From Candidatus Omnitrophota bacterium (GTDB taxonomy: Bacteria; Omnitrophota; Gorgyraeia; 2-01-FULL-45-10): a stretch of DNA of 64,000 bases. The stretch spans positions 2,213-66,212 of the forward strand of contig JBAYMS010000004.1 of the NCBI GenBank assembly GCA_041663425.1. The letters run 5' to 3'. A program made the position numbers and the translations under genes. Under the pieces are notes generated by a model. It was not told the DNA's origin and searched no databases. It saw only the letters and a list, made by a program, of their open reading frames with translations. Numbering within the stretch: the first letter of the stretch is position 1; the number at the start of each line of letters is the position of its first letter. Below, in pieces: positions 27,156-35,910 of this stretch.

Positions 27156-27905
27156 GTGAAAGTGATAGGAGTCATACCGGCGCGATGGGGTGCGACAAGG
27201 TTCGAAGGTAAGGTTTTGGCTAACCTTTTAGGAAAACCTGTAATACAGCATGTCTGGGAAAATGCGAAAAAGGCAAAGACGCTCGACGAGCTTATAGTTG
27301 CGTGCGATGATGAGCGTATAATGAAAGTGGTGGAAGGTTTCGGCGGTAAGGCTGTTTACACATCTCCCGACCAGCCGTCGGGTACGGACAGGCTCGCCGA
27401 AGTTGTTAACCCGCTCGATGTTGATATTGCTGTTAATATTCAGGGTGACGAGCCTCTCATTAAACCTATCATAATAGATTCGCTTGTTATCGCACTTCAA
27501 AGCGATAAAGAAGCCCAGATGGCAACGGTTATCAAAAAAATAGAAGATGACGCGGAGCTTACGAATTCCAACGTTGTCAAAGCCATCGTCGATAAGAACG
27601 GTTACGCTATATACTTTTCCCGCTATGCTATACCTTACAACAGGACAAGTGAGGTCGATGAATCGAAACGCCCCACATATTATAAGCACATAGGCCTTTA
27701 TGCTTTTACGAAAGATTTTCTTTTCACTTTCAGGAATCTCCCGAAGTCAGCGCTTGAGAATGCTGAAAAACTTGAACAGTTAAGGGTTATTGAGAACGGA
27801 TACAAGATAAAAATAGTTGAGACAAAGCTCGATACGATAGGTATCGACAGGCCTGAAGATCTTAAGAGGGCAGAGATAGCCTTACTAAAGGAAAGAGAGA
27901 AATAG
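27156..27905 (+). CDS. kdsB: 3-deoxy-manno-octulosonate cytidylyltransferase (CMP-Kdo synthetase)
   Basis: 249 aa; VIGVIPARWGATRFEGK N-terminus; GTG start with RBS aaaggag. Confidence 0.9.
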   Translation: MKVIGVIPARWGATRFEGKVLANLLGKPVIQHVWENAKKAKTLDELIVACDDERIMKVVEGFGGKAVYTSPDQPSGTDRLAEVVNPLDVDIAVNIQGDEPLIKPIIIDSLVIALQSDKEAQMATVIKKIEDDAELTNSNVVKAIVDKNGYAIYFSRYAIPYNRTSEVDESKRPTYYKHIGLYAFTKDFLFTFRNLPKSALENAEKLEQLRVIENGYKIKIVETKLDTIGIDRPEDLKRAEIALLKEREK

Positions 27906-27907
27906 TA

Positions 27908-28723
27908 GTGAAAGAGATCAAGGTTGGCAGGATAAAGATAGGCGGGAACAACCCGTTTGTTCTGATCGCAGGGCCCTGCGTTATAGAATCCGAAGCGAGC
28001 GTTATGCGCCATGCCAAAGCTCTTAAGACGATCGCAGGCAGGCTTGGCATTCCGTTTATCTATAAGTCGAGCTACGACAAGGCTAACAGGACTTCTGTAG
28101 ATTCTTTCCGCGGCCCGGGGCTTAAGAAGGGCCTGGCCATACTTAACAGAGTTAAGGAAGAGCTTAATCTGCCGATATTATCCGATGTCCACTGCAAGGC
28201 AGATATAAAGGAAGCTGCAAAAGTTCTCGATGTTATTCAGATACCGGCTTTTCTTTCGCGCCAGACAGATCTTATCCTGGCCGCTGCCCAGACGGGCAAG
28301 GCGGTGAATATAAAGAAGGGGCAGTTTCTCGCCCCATGGGATATGAACAATGTAATAAAGAAAATAGAATCTATAGGGAACAAAAATATCATACTGACCG
28401 AGCGGGGTGTGAGTTTTGGATATAATAATTTAGTGAGCGATTTCAGGGCCATACTTATAATGAAAGAATCCGGTTACCCTGTCATATATGATGCGACGCA
28501 TTCCGTCCAGATGCCGGGCGGCATGGGCAATAAGTCGGGCGGGGAGAGCCGGTTTGTCCCTTATCTTTCCTCTGCGGCGATCGCATGCGGAGCTAATGGT
28601 ATATTTGTTGAAGTTCATGAAGATCCTGCCAGAGCGCTTAGCGATGGCCCGAACATGATCAAACTGAAAGACCTTGAAAGTATTCTCATAAAATTGAAAA
28701 AGATAGAGAAAGCCGCAAAGTAA
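27908..28723 (+). CDS. kdsA: 2-dehydro-3-deoxyphosphooctonate aldolase (Kdo-8-phosphate synthase)
   Basis: 271 aa; PFVLIAGPCVIES and KSSYDKANR(T)S motifs; GTG start. Confidence 0.9.
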   Translation: MKEIKVGRIKIGGNNPFVLIAGPCVIESEASVMRHAKALKTIAGRLGIPFIYKSSYDKANRTSVDSFRGPGLKKGLAILNRVKEELNLPILSDVHCKADIKEAAKVLDVIQIPAFLSRQTDLILAAAQTGKAVNIKKGQFLAPWDMNNVIKKIESIGNKNIILTERGVSFGYNNLVSDFRAILIMKESGYPVIYDATHSVQMPGGMGNKSGGESRFVPYLSSAAIACGANGIFVEVHEDPARALSDGPNMIKLKDLESILIKLKKIEKAAK

Positions 28724-28733
28724 TCTAAAACAT

Positions 28734-29693
28734 ATGTCGAAAAATATAGCAAAAGAAGTTTTGAAAATAGAGCGCGATGCGCTTACGAGCCTTATTGGCA
28801 GGGTTGGTGCCGATTTTGACGATATAATAAATGTCATCTGCCGGACTAAGGGGCGGGTCATCATTACCGGCATGGGTAAACCCGGTTTTATAGCTCAGAA
28901 GATCTCTGCCACGATGTCGTCTACCGGTACGCCGTCTCTTTATCTGCATCCGGCAGAGGCTCTCCACGGCGATCTTGGCCGTGTCACAAAAGACGATCTC
29001 ATAATAGCACTTTCAAATAGCGGCGAAACAGAAGAGGTTGTTAAGCTTCTGCCGATAATAAAGAAGATCGGCGCTAAGCTTGTAGCGATGACAGGCAACG
29101 TCAAGTCAACTCTCGGAAAATTCGCAGATCATGCTATCGACGTTTCGGTAAAGAGGGAGGCGTGTTCGCTTGGTCTGGCTCCGACTACTTCTACTACGGT
29201 GATGCTTGCGATGGGAGACGCTATCGCGGTTGCTCTTCTGGAAAAGAAAGGTTTTAAGGAAAAAGATTTTGCGTTATTTCACCCTGGTGGTATTTTAGGC
29301 AAGCGCCTTATACTTAAAGTGGCTGACATCATGAGAAAAGGTTCCGACAATCCGGTGGTGGATGAGAATACTCCAGTAAAAAAAGTGCTCGTTATGATAA
29401 CTAAAGCCCGTGCGGGGTCAGCAAGCGTTGTTGATTCTAAGAAGAGGCTGGTCGGGATATTTACAGATGGTGACCTGAGGCGGCATGTCGAAAGCGACCC
29501 GCGCTTAATCGAGAAAAAAGTCAAAGACGTCATGACAAAAAATCCGACTTATATAAAGAAAGAAAAATTGGCTGCAGAAGCGTTTGATATCCTGCGCTCA
29601 AAAAGGATAGACGAGCTTCCGGTGGTCGATGATAAAAAGCGGCCCATAGGTTTACTGGATGTCCAGGATCTATTAAAAGCAGGTCTCGTATGA
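28734..29693 (+). CDS. kdsD: Arabinose-5-phosphate isomerase (SIS domain + tandem CBS)
   Basis: 319 aa; SIS motif ITGMGKPGFIAQKISATMSSTGTPS and C-terminal CBS pair. Confidence 0.9.
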   Translation: MSKNIAKEVLKIERDALTSLIGRVGADFDDIINVICRTKGRVIITGMGKPGFIAQKISATMSSTGTPSLYLHPAEALHGDLGRVTKDDLIIALSNSGETEEVVKLLPIIKKIGAKLVAMTGNVKSTLGKFADHAIDVSVKREACSLGLAPTTSTTVMLAMGDAIAVALLEKKGFKEKDFALFHPGGILGKRLILKVADIMRKGSDNPVVDENTPVKKVLVMITKARAGSASVVDSKKRLVGIFTDGDLRRHVESDPRLIEKKVKDVMTKNPTYIKKEKLAAEAFDILRSKRIDELPVVDDKKRPIGLLDVQDLLKAGLV

Positions 29694-30220
29694 TTCAGCC
29701 GGAAATTATTGAAAAACTGAAAAATGTAAAAATACTCATCGTCGATATAGACGGCGTTATGACCGACGGGCGTATAGTATATAGCGGCTATGGCGAAGAG
29801 CTGAAATTTTTTGACGTGCAGGACGGTTTCGGCATAACTCTCCTGCGCAGGGCCGATATTAAAACCATAATCATAACCGCAAAAAAATCAAAGATAGTAA
29901 AACATAGGGCGCGTGATCTTAAAGTAGTCAAAGCTTACCAGGGTTTTATGGACAAACTAACCCCTTTTAACGATGTCTTGAAGCGTTTCGGTGTCCGGCC
30001 GGAGGAGATCTGTTTTATAGGTGATGACCTTATAGATATTCCGGTATTAAAACGTGTCGGATTGGCAGTGGCTGTTCCAAACGCGGTCGAAGAAGTTAAA
30101 AAATCAGCCCATTTTACCACTGTGAATAAAGGCGGCCGCGGCGCTGTCCGCGAGATCTGCGATCTCATCCTCAAATCCCAGGACAAGTGGGATCTCGTTA
30201 CATCCAAATATTTTAAGTAA
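29690..30220 (+). CDS. kdsC: Kdo-8-phosphate phosphatase (HAD family)
   Basis: 176 aa; HAD motif I ILIVDIDGVMTDG and GDDLIDIPV motif; overlaps kdsD stop. Confidence 0.85.
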   Translation: MIQPEIIEKLKNVKILIVDIDGVMTDGRIVYSGYGEELKFFDVQDGFGITLLRRADIKTIIITAKKSKIVKHRARDLKVVKAYQGFMDKLTPFNDVLKRFGVRPEEICFIGDDLIDIPVLKRVGLAVAVPNAVEEVKKSAHFTTVNKGGRGAVREICDLILKSQDKWDLVTSKYFK

Positions 30221-30290
30221 GCGAATTAAGCAAGTTAGCCTGCGATTTCCCGAGGATTATTGACGAGGAAAAATTTTACCCCAAGACTTA

Positions 30291-30319
30291 TTGACAAAGC
30301 CCCACCGCTATTATATATT
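30291..30319 (+). promoter_or_regulatory. Near-consensus sigma70 promoter TTGACA-N17-TATATT, ending 8 nt before the ATG of the second lpxL (leaderless-like arrangement)
   Basis: Hexamers and 17-nt spacer read directly at 30291-30296 and 30314-30319. Confidence 0.45.
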
Positions 30320-30327
30320 GTATCTCT

Positions 30328-31218
30328 ATGAAATTTAAATTAAGGCGTTATTTCATTTATTATATAGGCCGGGCGGTTGCGTTTGTCTTTACCATAATTC
30401 CGCTTAAAGTAGGTCTTGCCATAGCATCCGGTGTGGGATCTTTCGTATTTTACATCCTTCCGCGTTACAGGAACCTTACCATAGAAAACCTTAAGACAGC
30501 GTTCGGCAATGAAAAATCTGATAAGGAGCTTGAAGATATCGCGAAACGTGTGTTCCAGAACCTGGGCAAGAATGCTGTCGAGCTGGTAAACCTGCCTAAG
30601 TTCAATAAAGCAAGGATGGATAAATTTGTCAGGTTCAGGAACCGTGAAAGGCTGGACAAGGCATACGAGAAGGGCAAAGGTATAATAGTCCTTACAGCTC
30701 ACTTCGGAAGCTGGGAGCTTATGGCGGCGGCTTTGCGCGAAAATAACTGTCCCGGCGTTACGATCGGCAGGAGGATATATTTTAAGAAGTACGACGATTT
30801 TCTCAATAAGCTGCGCAGATCGCGCGATGTTGAAGTCATATACCGCGATGAATCTCCCAGAAAAATGCTCAGGACGCTTAAGCAGAATTGGATAGTCGGG
30901 ATAGTTGCAGACCAGGATGTCGATTCGGTTGACGGCGTGTTTGTTAACTTCTTCGGTCATCAGGCATATACGCCCAGCGGACCTGTGGTGCTTGCCAGAG
31001 CGAGCGGCGCTGTCCTTCTACCGGTATTTATTATCAGGGAAGGCGATTGGCACACAATAGCTATAGAAGAGCCGGTTGAATTGGCCGATACAGGCAACAA
31101 AGAAGCGGATCTAATTTCCAATACCCAGAAATGGTCGAATGTGGTAGAATCTTATGTGAGAAAATATCCTGATCAATGGGTGTGGATGCATCGGAGATGG
31201 AAGACAAAAAAACAATGA
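30328..31218 (+). CDS. lpxL: Lipid A biosynthesis acyltransferase (LpxL/LpxM/HtrB family), second paralog
   Basis: 296 aa; N-terminal membrane anchor, LTAHFGSWEL and YPDQWVWMHRRWK motifs. Confidence 0.85.
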   Translation: MKFKLRRYFIYYIGRAVAFVFTIIPLKVGLAIASGVGSFVFYILPRYRNLTIENLKTAFGNEKSDKELEDIAKRVFQNLGKNAVELVNLPKFNKARMDKFVRFRNRERLDKAYEKGKGIIVLTAHFGSWELMAAALRENNCPGVTIGRRIYFKKYDDFLNKLRRSRDVEVIYRDESPRKMLRTLKQNWIVGIVADQDVDSVDGVFVNFFGHQAYTPSGPVVLARASGAVLLPVFIIREGDWHTIAIEEPVELADTGNKEADLISNTQKWSNVVESYVRKYPDQWVWMHRRWKTKKQ

Positions 31219-32051
31219 AAAATTTCATATTAATTCTGGCAGCAGTATTGATGCTGGGGGTTATGGGCTGTTCTAAGGGCGGATCGGTCGCGCAGGCTGC
31301 AGAGCCGAATAATTCAACGGCCAATTCTACCGTTAACGCTCAAGCTTCGTCTGCCGGCATTTCCAATAATATCGACCCTGTAAAACATCAGGTTATGGCT
31401 TTTGATCTCGAAGGACTTGCCGACGATGGGTCGAAGAAATGGGATGTCAAGGGGCAGTCTGCCGAGTCCCTCACTGAAGACAAGGTAAGGCTGAACAATG
31501 TAACGGCCGGCACTTACGGCAAAGACGCTAAAGCGACCATAACTGCCGATGCAGGAATGTATGATAAGTCAAAAAACAATGTGCGTCTTGAACAGAACGT
31601 AAAGGCTGTCATCGAGAATACTAAGGGCAGTGCGGCAGATTTTATGTCATTGCCGGTTTCGTCGAAAGATGCCGCAAAGTCTAAAGAGATCCCGTTTGGC
31701 GCCGCAGATAAGTCCAAGAAGAGCAGGACGATCATTACTTGTGACGCCGAAGTAGAGTTTAATTACGAGAAGAATGAAGGATACTTCAATAAGAACGTCC
31801 ATGTCATCAACGACGAAGGCACTATCGATGCCGACAGGCTTACCATATACCTTGATTCCTCATCGAAAACCGTGAAGACGATAGTTGCGGAAGGCAATGT
31901 TAAGATAAAGCGCGGAGAAAATATCACATACAGTGATAAGGCCACATATATCGAAGCAGAAAAAAAGATCGTTTTAACCGGACAGCCTAAACTGGTTATA
32001 TATCAGGAGGGCGGGTCCGAAATGGATGTGTTCGGCAGTTCCAAAAAGTGA
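31215..32051 (+). CDS. lptA: LPS-export periplasmic bridge protein, lipoprotein-anchored LptC/LptA-like (OstA-N fold)
   Basis: ~279 aa from ATG 31215; lipoprotein signal (LMLGVMGC), Ala/Ser/Asn-rich linker, then two OstA-like beta-jellyroll segments (…LTGQPKLVIYQ); immediately upstream of lptB. Confidence 0.65.
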   Translation: MKNFILILAAVLMLGVMGCSKGGSVAQAAEPNNSTANSTVNAQASSAGISNNIDPVKHQVMAFDLEGLADDGSKKWDVKGQSAESLTEDKVRLNNVTAGTYGKDAKATITADAGMYDKSKNNVRLEQNVKAVIENTKGSAADFMSLPVSSKDAAKSKEIPFGAADKSKKSRTIITCDAEVEFNYEKNEGYFNKNVHVINDEGTIDADRLTIYLDSSSKTVKTIVAEGNVKIKRGENITYSDKATYIEAEKKIVLTGQPKLVIYQEGGSEMDVFGSSKK

Positions 32052-32781
32052 GGCATGCGTGCACCTACTAGAGACAACAGGCCTTATAAAAAAATACGGC
32101 CACAGAACTGTAGTTAATTCCGTAGATATAAATGTAAAGCGCGGTGAGATCGTCGGGCTTCTCGGTCCGAATGGTGCTGGCAAGACTACCACTTTTTACA
32201 TGATCACCGGTATTGTGAAGCCTGATATGGGCAAGATAGTTTTTGATAAGCGTGATATTACCGGAATGCCGCTTCATGCCAGGGCTCGCTGCGGGATAGG
32301 CTATCTTTCACAGGAGCCGTCTATATTCAGAAAACTTACCGTAGAAGAGAATATAATGGCTGTTCTTGAGACTTTAGGCTTCTGTCCTCGCGAGAGGAAG
32401 AGACGGTGTGACGAGCTTCTCAATGAGCTTAAAATAGCGCATCTGAGAAAACATAAAGCTTATACGCTATCGGGCGGAGAGAAGAGACGTGTAGAGATAA
32501 CCCGTGCACTTGTTACGAACCCTTTATTCATACTTCTTGATGAGCCATTTAGTGGCATAGACCCTATAGCCGTTGCGGAGTGCCAGGAAATAATAAAAGA
32601 CTTAAGAGATAAAGGTCTGGGGATATTGCTGACTGATCATAACGTGAGAGAGACCCTTACTATAACGGATCGTTCCTACCTTATGGCCGGCGGCAAGATA
32701 CTGATAGCCGGTTCCAAAGAGGATCTTATATCAAGTCCCAAAGCGCGCGAATTATATCTGGGTGAAAAATTTACGATGTAA
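32026..32781 (+). CDS. lptB: LPS export ABC transporter ATP-binding protein
   Basis: Walker A GPNGAGKTT, signature LSGGEKRRVEI, Walker B ILLDEP; start may be GTG at 32059 rather than ATG 32026. Confidence 0.9.
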   Translation: MCSAVPKSEACVHLLETTGLIKKYGHRTVVNSVDINVKRGEIVGLLGPNGAGKTTTFYMITGIVKPDMGKIVFDKRDITGMPLHARARCGIGYLSQEPSIFRKLTVEENIMAVLETLGFCPRERKRRCDELLNELKIAHLRKHKAYTLSGGEKRRVEITRALVTNPLFILLDEPFSGIDPIAVAECQEIIKDLRDKGLGILLTDHNVRETLTITDRSYLMAGGKILIAGSKEDLISSPKARELYLGEKFTM

Positions 32782-32796
32782 ATTCTCCCGTATTTA

Positions 32797-32805
32797 TGAT
32801 ATAAT
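32797..32805 (+). promoter_or_regulatory. Extended -10 promoter element TGaTATAAT upstream of tig
   Basis: Perfect TATAAT with TGn extension read directly; RBS aaggag and GTG start follow at 32831-32845. Confidence 0.4.
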
Positions 32806-32842
32806 CTTTTTCTCAAAAACCATTTAATAACAAGGAGACGTT

Positions 32843-34120
32843 GTGAAATCGAAGATAAAAACCGTTGAAGACTGCACTTCGCTTTTAGAAATAAATGTTC
32901 CGAAGGAAGAGATCGGAAAAGCTTTTGACGAAGTGTATGCTGAGTTAACCAAGTATGCCAATATCCCGGGTTTCAGGACGGGAAAAGCCCCGAAGGAACT
33001 GGTAAAAAAACATTACGAAAAGAATGCGAAGGAAGAGGTTTTAAAACGCCTTGTCCCTGAAGCCTACAGAAGCGCGATCCTCGAACATAAAATATCGCCT
33101 GTAGGTATGCCGGATATAAGCGATGTAAATTTCGAGAGCGAAGATAAGCTTTCTTTTAAGGCAAAAGTAAATACCAGGCCGGAATTTAAATTGAAGAGCT
33201 ATAAAGGCATAAAGGTCAGCAAAAAGCGCCCCAAGGTTTCTGATGATGATGTGAAAAAGATGCTCGATAACCTGCGCGAAATGAATGCCAAGTATGTTTC
33301 TGTCGAAGACAGGCCGGTCCAGATGGGTGAGTATGTTGTCAGCGATATGGACTGTTCTATAGGCGGAAAGCCAGTTCATAAGACCAGGGAGAATTTATGG
33401 ATGTTCCTGGACAAAGATTCGCTCGTTCCCGGGCTTACCGAAAAGATGGTCGGTATGACAAAGGGCGAGGAGCGTGATATAGAGGCAAATTTCCCGGAAA
33501 AGCACCCCGATAAAACCCTCGCAGGGAAGCTTGCAAAATATCATATAAAGGCTAAGGAAATAAAGAGACGGGAGCTGCCGGAGCTGAACGATGAATTTGC
33601 AAAGATATTTGGTAAAGAGAATTTAGCTGCGCTGAAAGAAGAAATATCTAAAGAACTCGAGGAGCGGGAAAAGGCTAATGCTGAAATTGACGCCGAGAAC
33701 CAGGTCCTTAATAAGATTATAGACGATAACGTTTTTTCTGTTCCGCCGAGCTTTGTGGCAAGACAGCTTGATTATATGGTTGAAGATGCAAAGAGGCATC
33801 TGGTTGAGAAAGGATTCAAAAAAGAAGATCTTGATAAGAAAGACAATGAGTTGAAGGAGAAATTTAAGAATGAAGCTGCCCGGAAGGTTAGGCTGTTATT
33901 CATTCTGGAAGATATAGCTAGGCAGGAGAAGATTGAGGCGACGGATGCAGACCTTAATGATGCGTATAAGGTCATATCTGCCCAGGCAGGTAAGGGCGAG
34001 GATGAAGTCCGCGCTTATTACGAAAAAGAAGACATGACTGACGACCTGAAAGATAAGATCAGGGAAGGAAAAGTTATTCAGTTTCTTCTGAAGAACGCAG
34101 AGATAACCGAGAAAGATTAG
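32843..34120 (+). CDS. tig: Trigger factor
   Basis: 425 aa; N-terminal ribosome-binding signature GFRTGKAPK, PPIase and C-terminal arm; followed by clpP. Confidence 0.95.
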   Translation: MKSKIKTVEDCTSLLEINVPKEEIGKAFDEVYAELTKYANIPGFRTGKAPKELVKKHYEKNAKEEVLKRLVPEAYRSAILEHKISPVGMPDISDVNFESEDKLSFKAKVNTRPEFKLKSYKGIKVSKKRPKVSDDDVKKMLDNLREMNAKYVSVEDRPVQMGEYVVSDMDCSIGGKPVHKTRENLWMFLDKDSLVPGLTEKMVGMTKGEERDIEANFPEKHPDKTLAGKLAKYHIKAKEIKRRELPELNDEFAKIFGKENLAALKEEISKELEEREKANAEIDAENQVLNKIIDDNVFSVPPSFVARQLDYMVEDAKRHLVEKGFKKEDLDKKDNELKEKFKNEAARKVRLLFILEDIARQEKIEATDADLNDAYKVISAQAGKGEDEVRAYYEKEDMTDDLKDKIREGKVIQFLLKNAEITEKD

Positions 34121-34132
34121 AAAGGAGCTATT

Positions 34133-34729
34133 ATGAGTATGCTGGTTCCTATGGTAATAGAGAGCACAGGAAGATCTGAGCGGGCGTATGACATATACTC
34201 ACGCCTTCTTAAGGACAGGATAATTTTTATAGGCACCCCCATAGATGACGTAGTTTCAAATCTCATTATAGCTCAGTTATTATTTTTACAGATGGAAGAT
34301 CCGGCAAAGGATATAAATATTTATATAAACACGCCGGGCGGATCTGTGACGAGTGGTTTAGCTATTTACGACACGATCCAGTTTGTGAAACCGGATGTTA
34401 ATACGTATTGCGTAGGGCAGGCGTCCAGTATGGGCGCGGTTCTTCTTGCAGCTGGTACGGAAGGAAAGCGCTACGCTCTTCCGCACGCTCGTATAATGAT
34501 ACATCAGCCGTGGGGCGGATTTGAGGGACAGGCTACCGATATAAGTATTCATGCTAAAGAGATACTGCGTATGCGCGAAAAGCTGGAAGAGATCTTGTCG
34601 AAGCATACCAAGCAGTCATTGGATAAGATAAAGAAAGATACCGACAGAGACCATTTCATGTCTGCCGAAGAAGCTAAGGCGTATGGGATAGTTGACGAGG
34701 TAATTACTAATATAGCAAAGAAAAAATAG
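34133..34729 (+). CDS. clpP: ATP-dependent Clp protease proteolytic subunit
   Basis: 198 aa; Ser-His-Asp triad context ([17 protein letters not shown]). Confidence 0.95.
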   Translation: MSMLVPMVIESTGRSERAYDIYSRLLKDRIIFIGTPIDDVVSNLIIAQLLFLQMEDPAKDINIYINTPGGSVTSGLAIYDTIQFVKPDVNTYCVGQASSMGAVLLAAGTEGKRYALPHARIMIHQPWGGFEGQATDISIHAKEILRMREKLEEILSKHTKQSLDKIKKDTDRDHFMSAEEAKAYGIVDEVITNIAKKK

Positions 34730-34751
34730 CTTCAGACGAAGGAGACGCAAG

Positions 34752-35882
34752 ATGAAGAAACACTATTTGATGACGCCAGGGCCCACACCAGTTCCGGAAG
34801 AGATAAGAAATGAAATGGCGAAACCGATGATACATCATCGGACTAAGGAATATCAGGCCATATTCAAGGACGCTACCGAAGGATTAAGAAAGATATTCAA
34901 AACCTCCGGCGATCTCTTTACTTTTACTTCCAGCGGAACGGGAGCTATGGAGGCATCGATAGTGAACGTTCTTTCTCCTGCGGATAAAATCATAGTGGTT
35001 CGCGGCGGTAAATTCGGAGAAAGGTTTGGCGACATTGCTAAGGCATATGGCATAGAAGTTATACCTCTAGATGTCGAATGGGGAAATGCGCCGGAGCCGG
35101 CAGCCATTAAAGAGCTTCTTAAAAAGAATCCCGGGGTTAAAGGTGTTTATACGACTCTTTGCGAAACATCGACTGCCACAGCTTATGATATCAAAGCTAT
35201 AGGTGAAGTTGTCAGGTCTACAAACGCTTTATTTGTAGTTGACGTTATAAGCGGGCTGGGCGCTGACAAGTTTGAAAATGATGCCTGGGGAGTAGATATA
35301 GCTATCTGCGGTTCTCAGAAGGGTTTGATGATACCGCCCGGATTGGCATTCTGTTCCGTCAGCCAGAAGGCGTGGAAGGCTGTGGAGGAATCAAAGCTTC
35401 CAAAATTCTATTTTAGTTTTAAGAAATACAAAAAGGCTTATGATAATACCGATACGCCGTTTACATCTGCTCTGACACTTGTCATAGGATTAAGAAAAGC
35501 TGTAGAGACGATTAATAAAAAAGGCGTGGACAACGTTATAGCTGAGCATGAAAAAATGGCCGAAGCTTTCCGTCAGGCCTGCAAGGCTATAGGACTTAGC
35601 ATATTTTCCCGCCGTCCGTCATCTGCGGTTACGGGCGTGAATGCTCCGGCAGGTATTGATGCTGATGATATAATAAAGCTGCTCAAAACTGAATACGGCG
35701 TTACGTTTGCCGGAGGTCAGGATGCTCTGAAGGGCAAGATATTCAGAGGCGCTCATATGGGCGGTATAGATATTGAACATACTATAGAATCTCTAAAGGC
35801 TCTCGAAGAGGCACTCGAAAAGCTCGGATATAAATTTAAAAAAGGCAGCGGAGTCGAAACTGCGAAAAAAATATTGGCGTAA
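34752..35882 (+). CDS. serC: Class V aminotransferase, probable phosphoserine aminotransferase (SerC, archaeal-type)
   Basis: 376 aa; PLP-dependent class V fold (LMTPGPTPVP...SGTGAMEA...CGSQKGL); immediately upstream of serA. Confidence 0.6.
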   Translation: MKKHYLMTPGPTPVPEEIRNEMAKPMIHHRTKEYQAIFKDATEGLRKIFKTSGDLFTFTSSGTGAMEASIVNVLSPADKIIVVRGGKFGERFGDIAKAYGIEVIPLDVEWGNAPEPAAIKELLKKNPGVKGVYTTLCETSTATAYDIKAIGEVVRSTNALFVVDVISGLGADKFENDAWGVDIAICGSQKGLMIPPGLAFCSVSQKAWKAVEESKLPKFYFSFKKYKKAYDNTDTPFTSALTLVIGLRKAVETINKKGVDNVIAEHEKMAEAFRQACKAIGLSIFSRRPSSAVTGVNAPAGIDADDIIKLLKTEYGVTFAGGQDALKGKIFRGAHMGGIDIEHTIESLKALEEALEKLGYKFKKGSGVETAKKILA

Positions 35883-35910
35883 CTAATAAACTTCAGAGGA
35901 GAGGTAAGCG

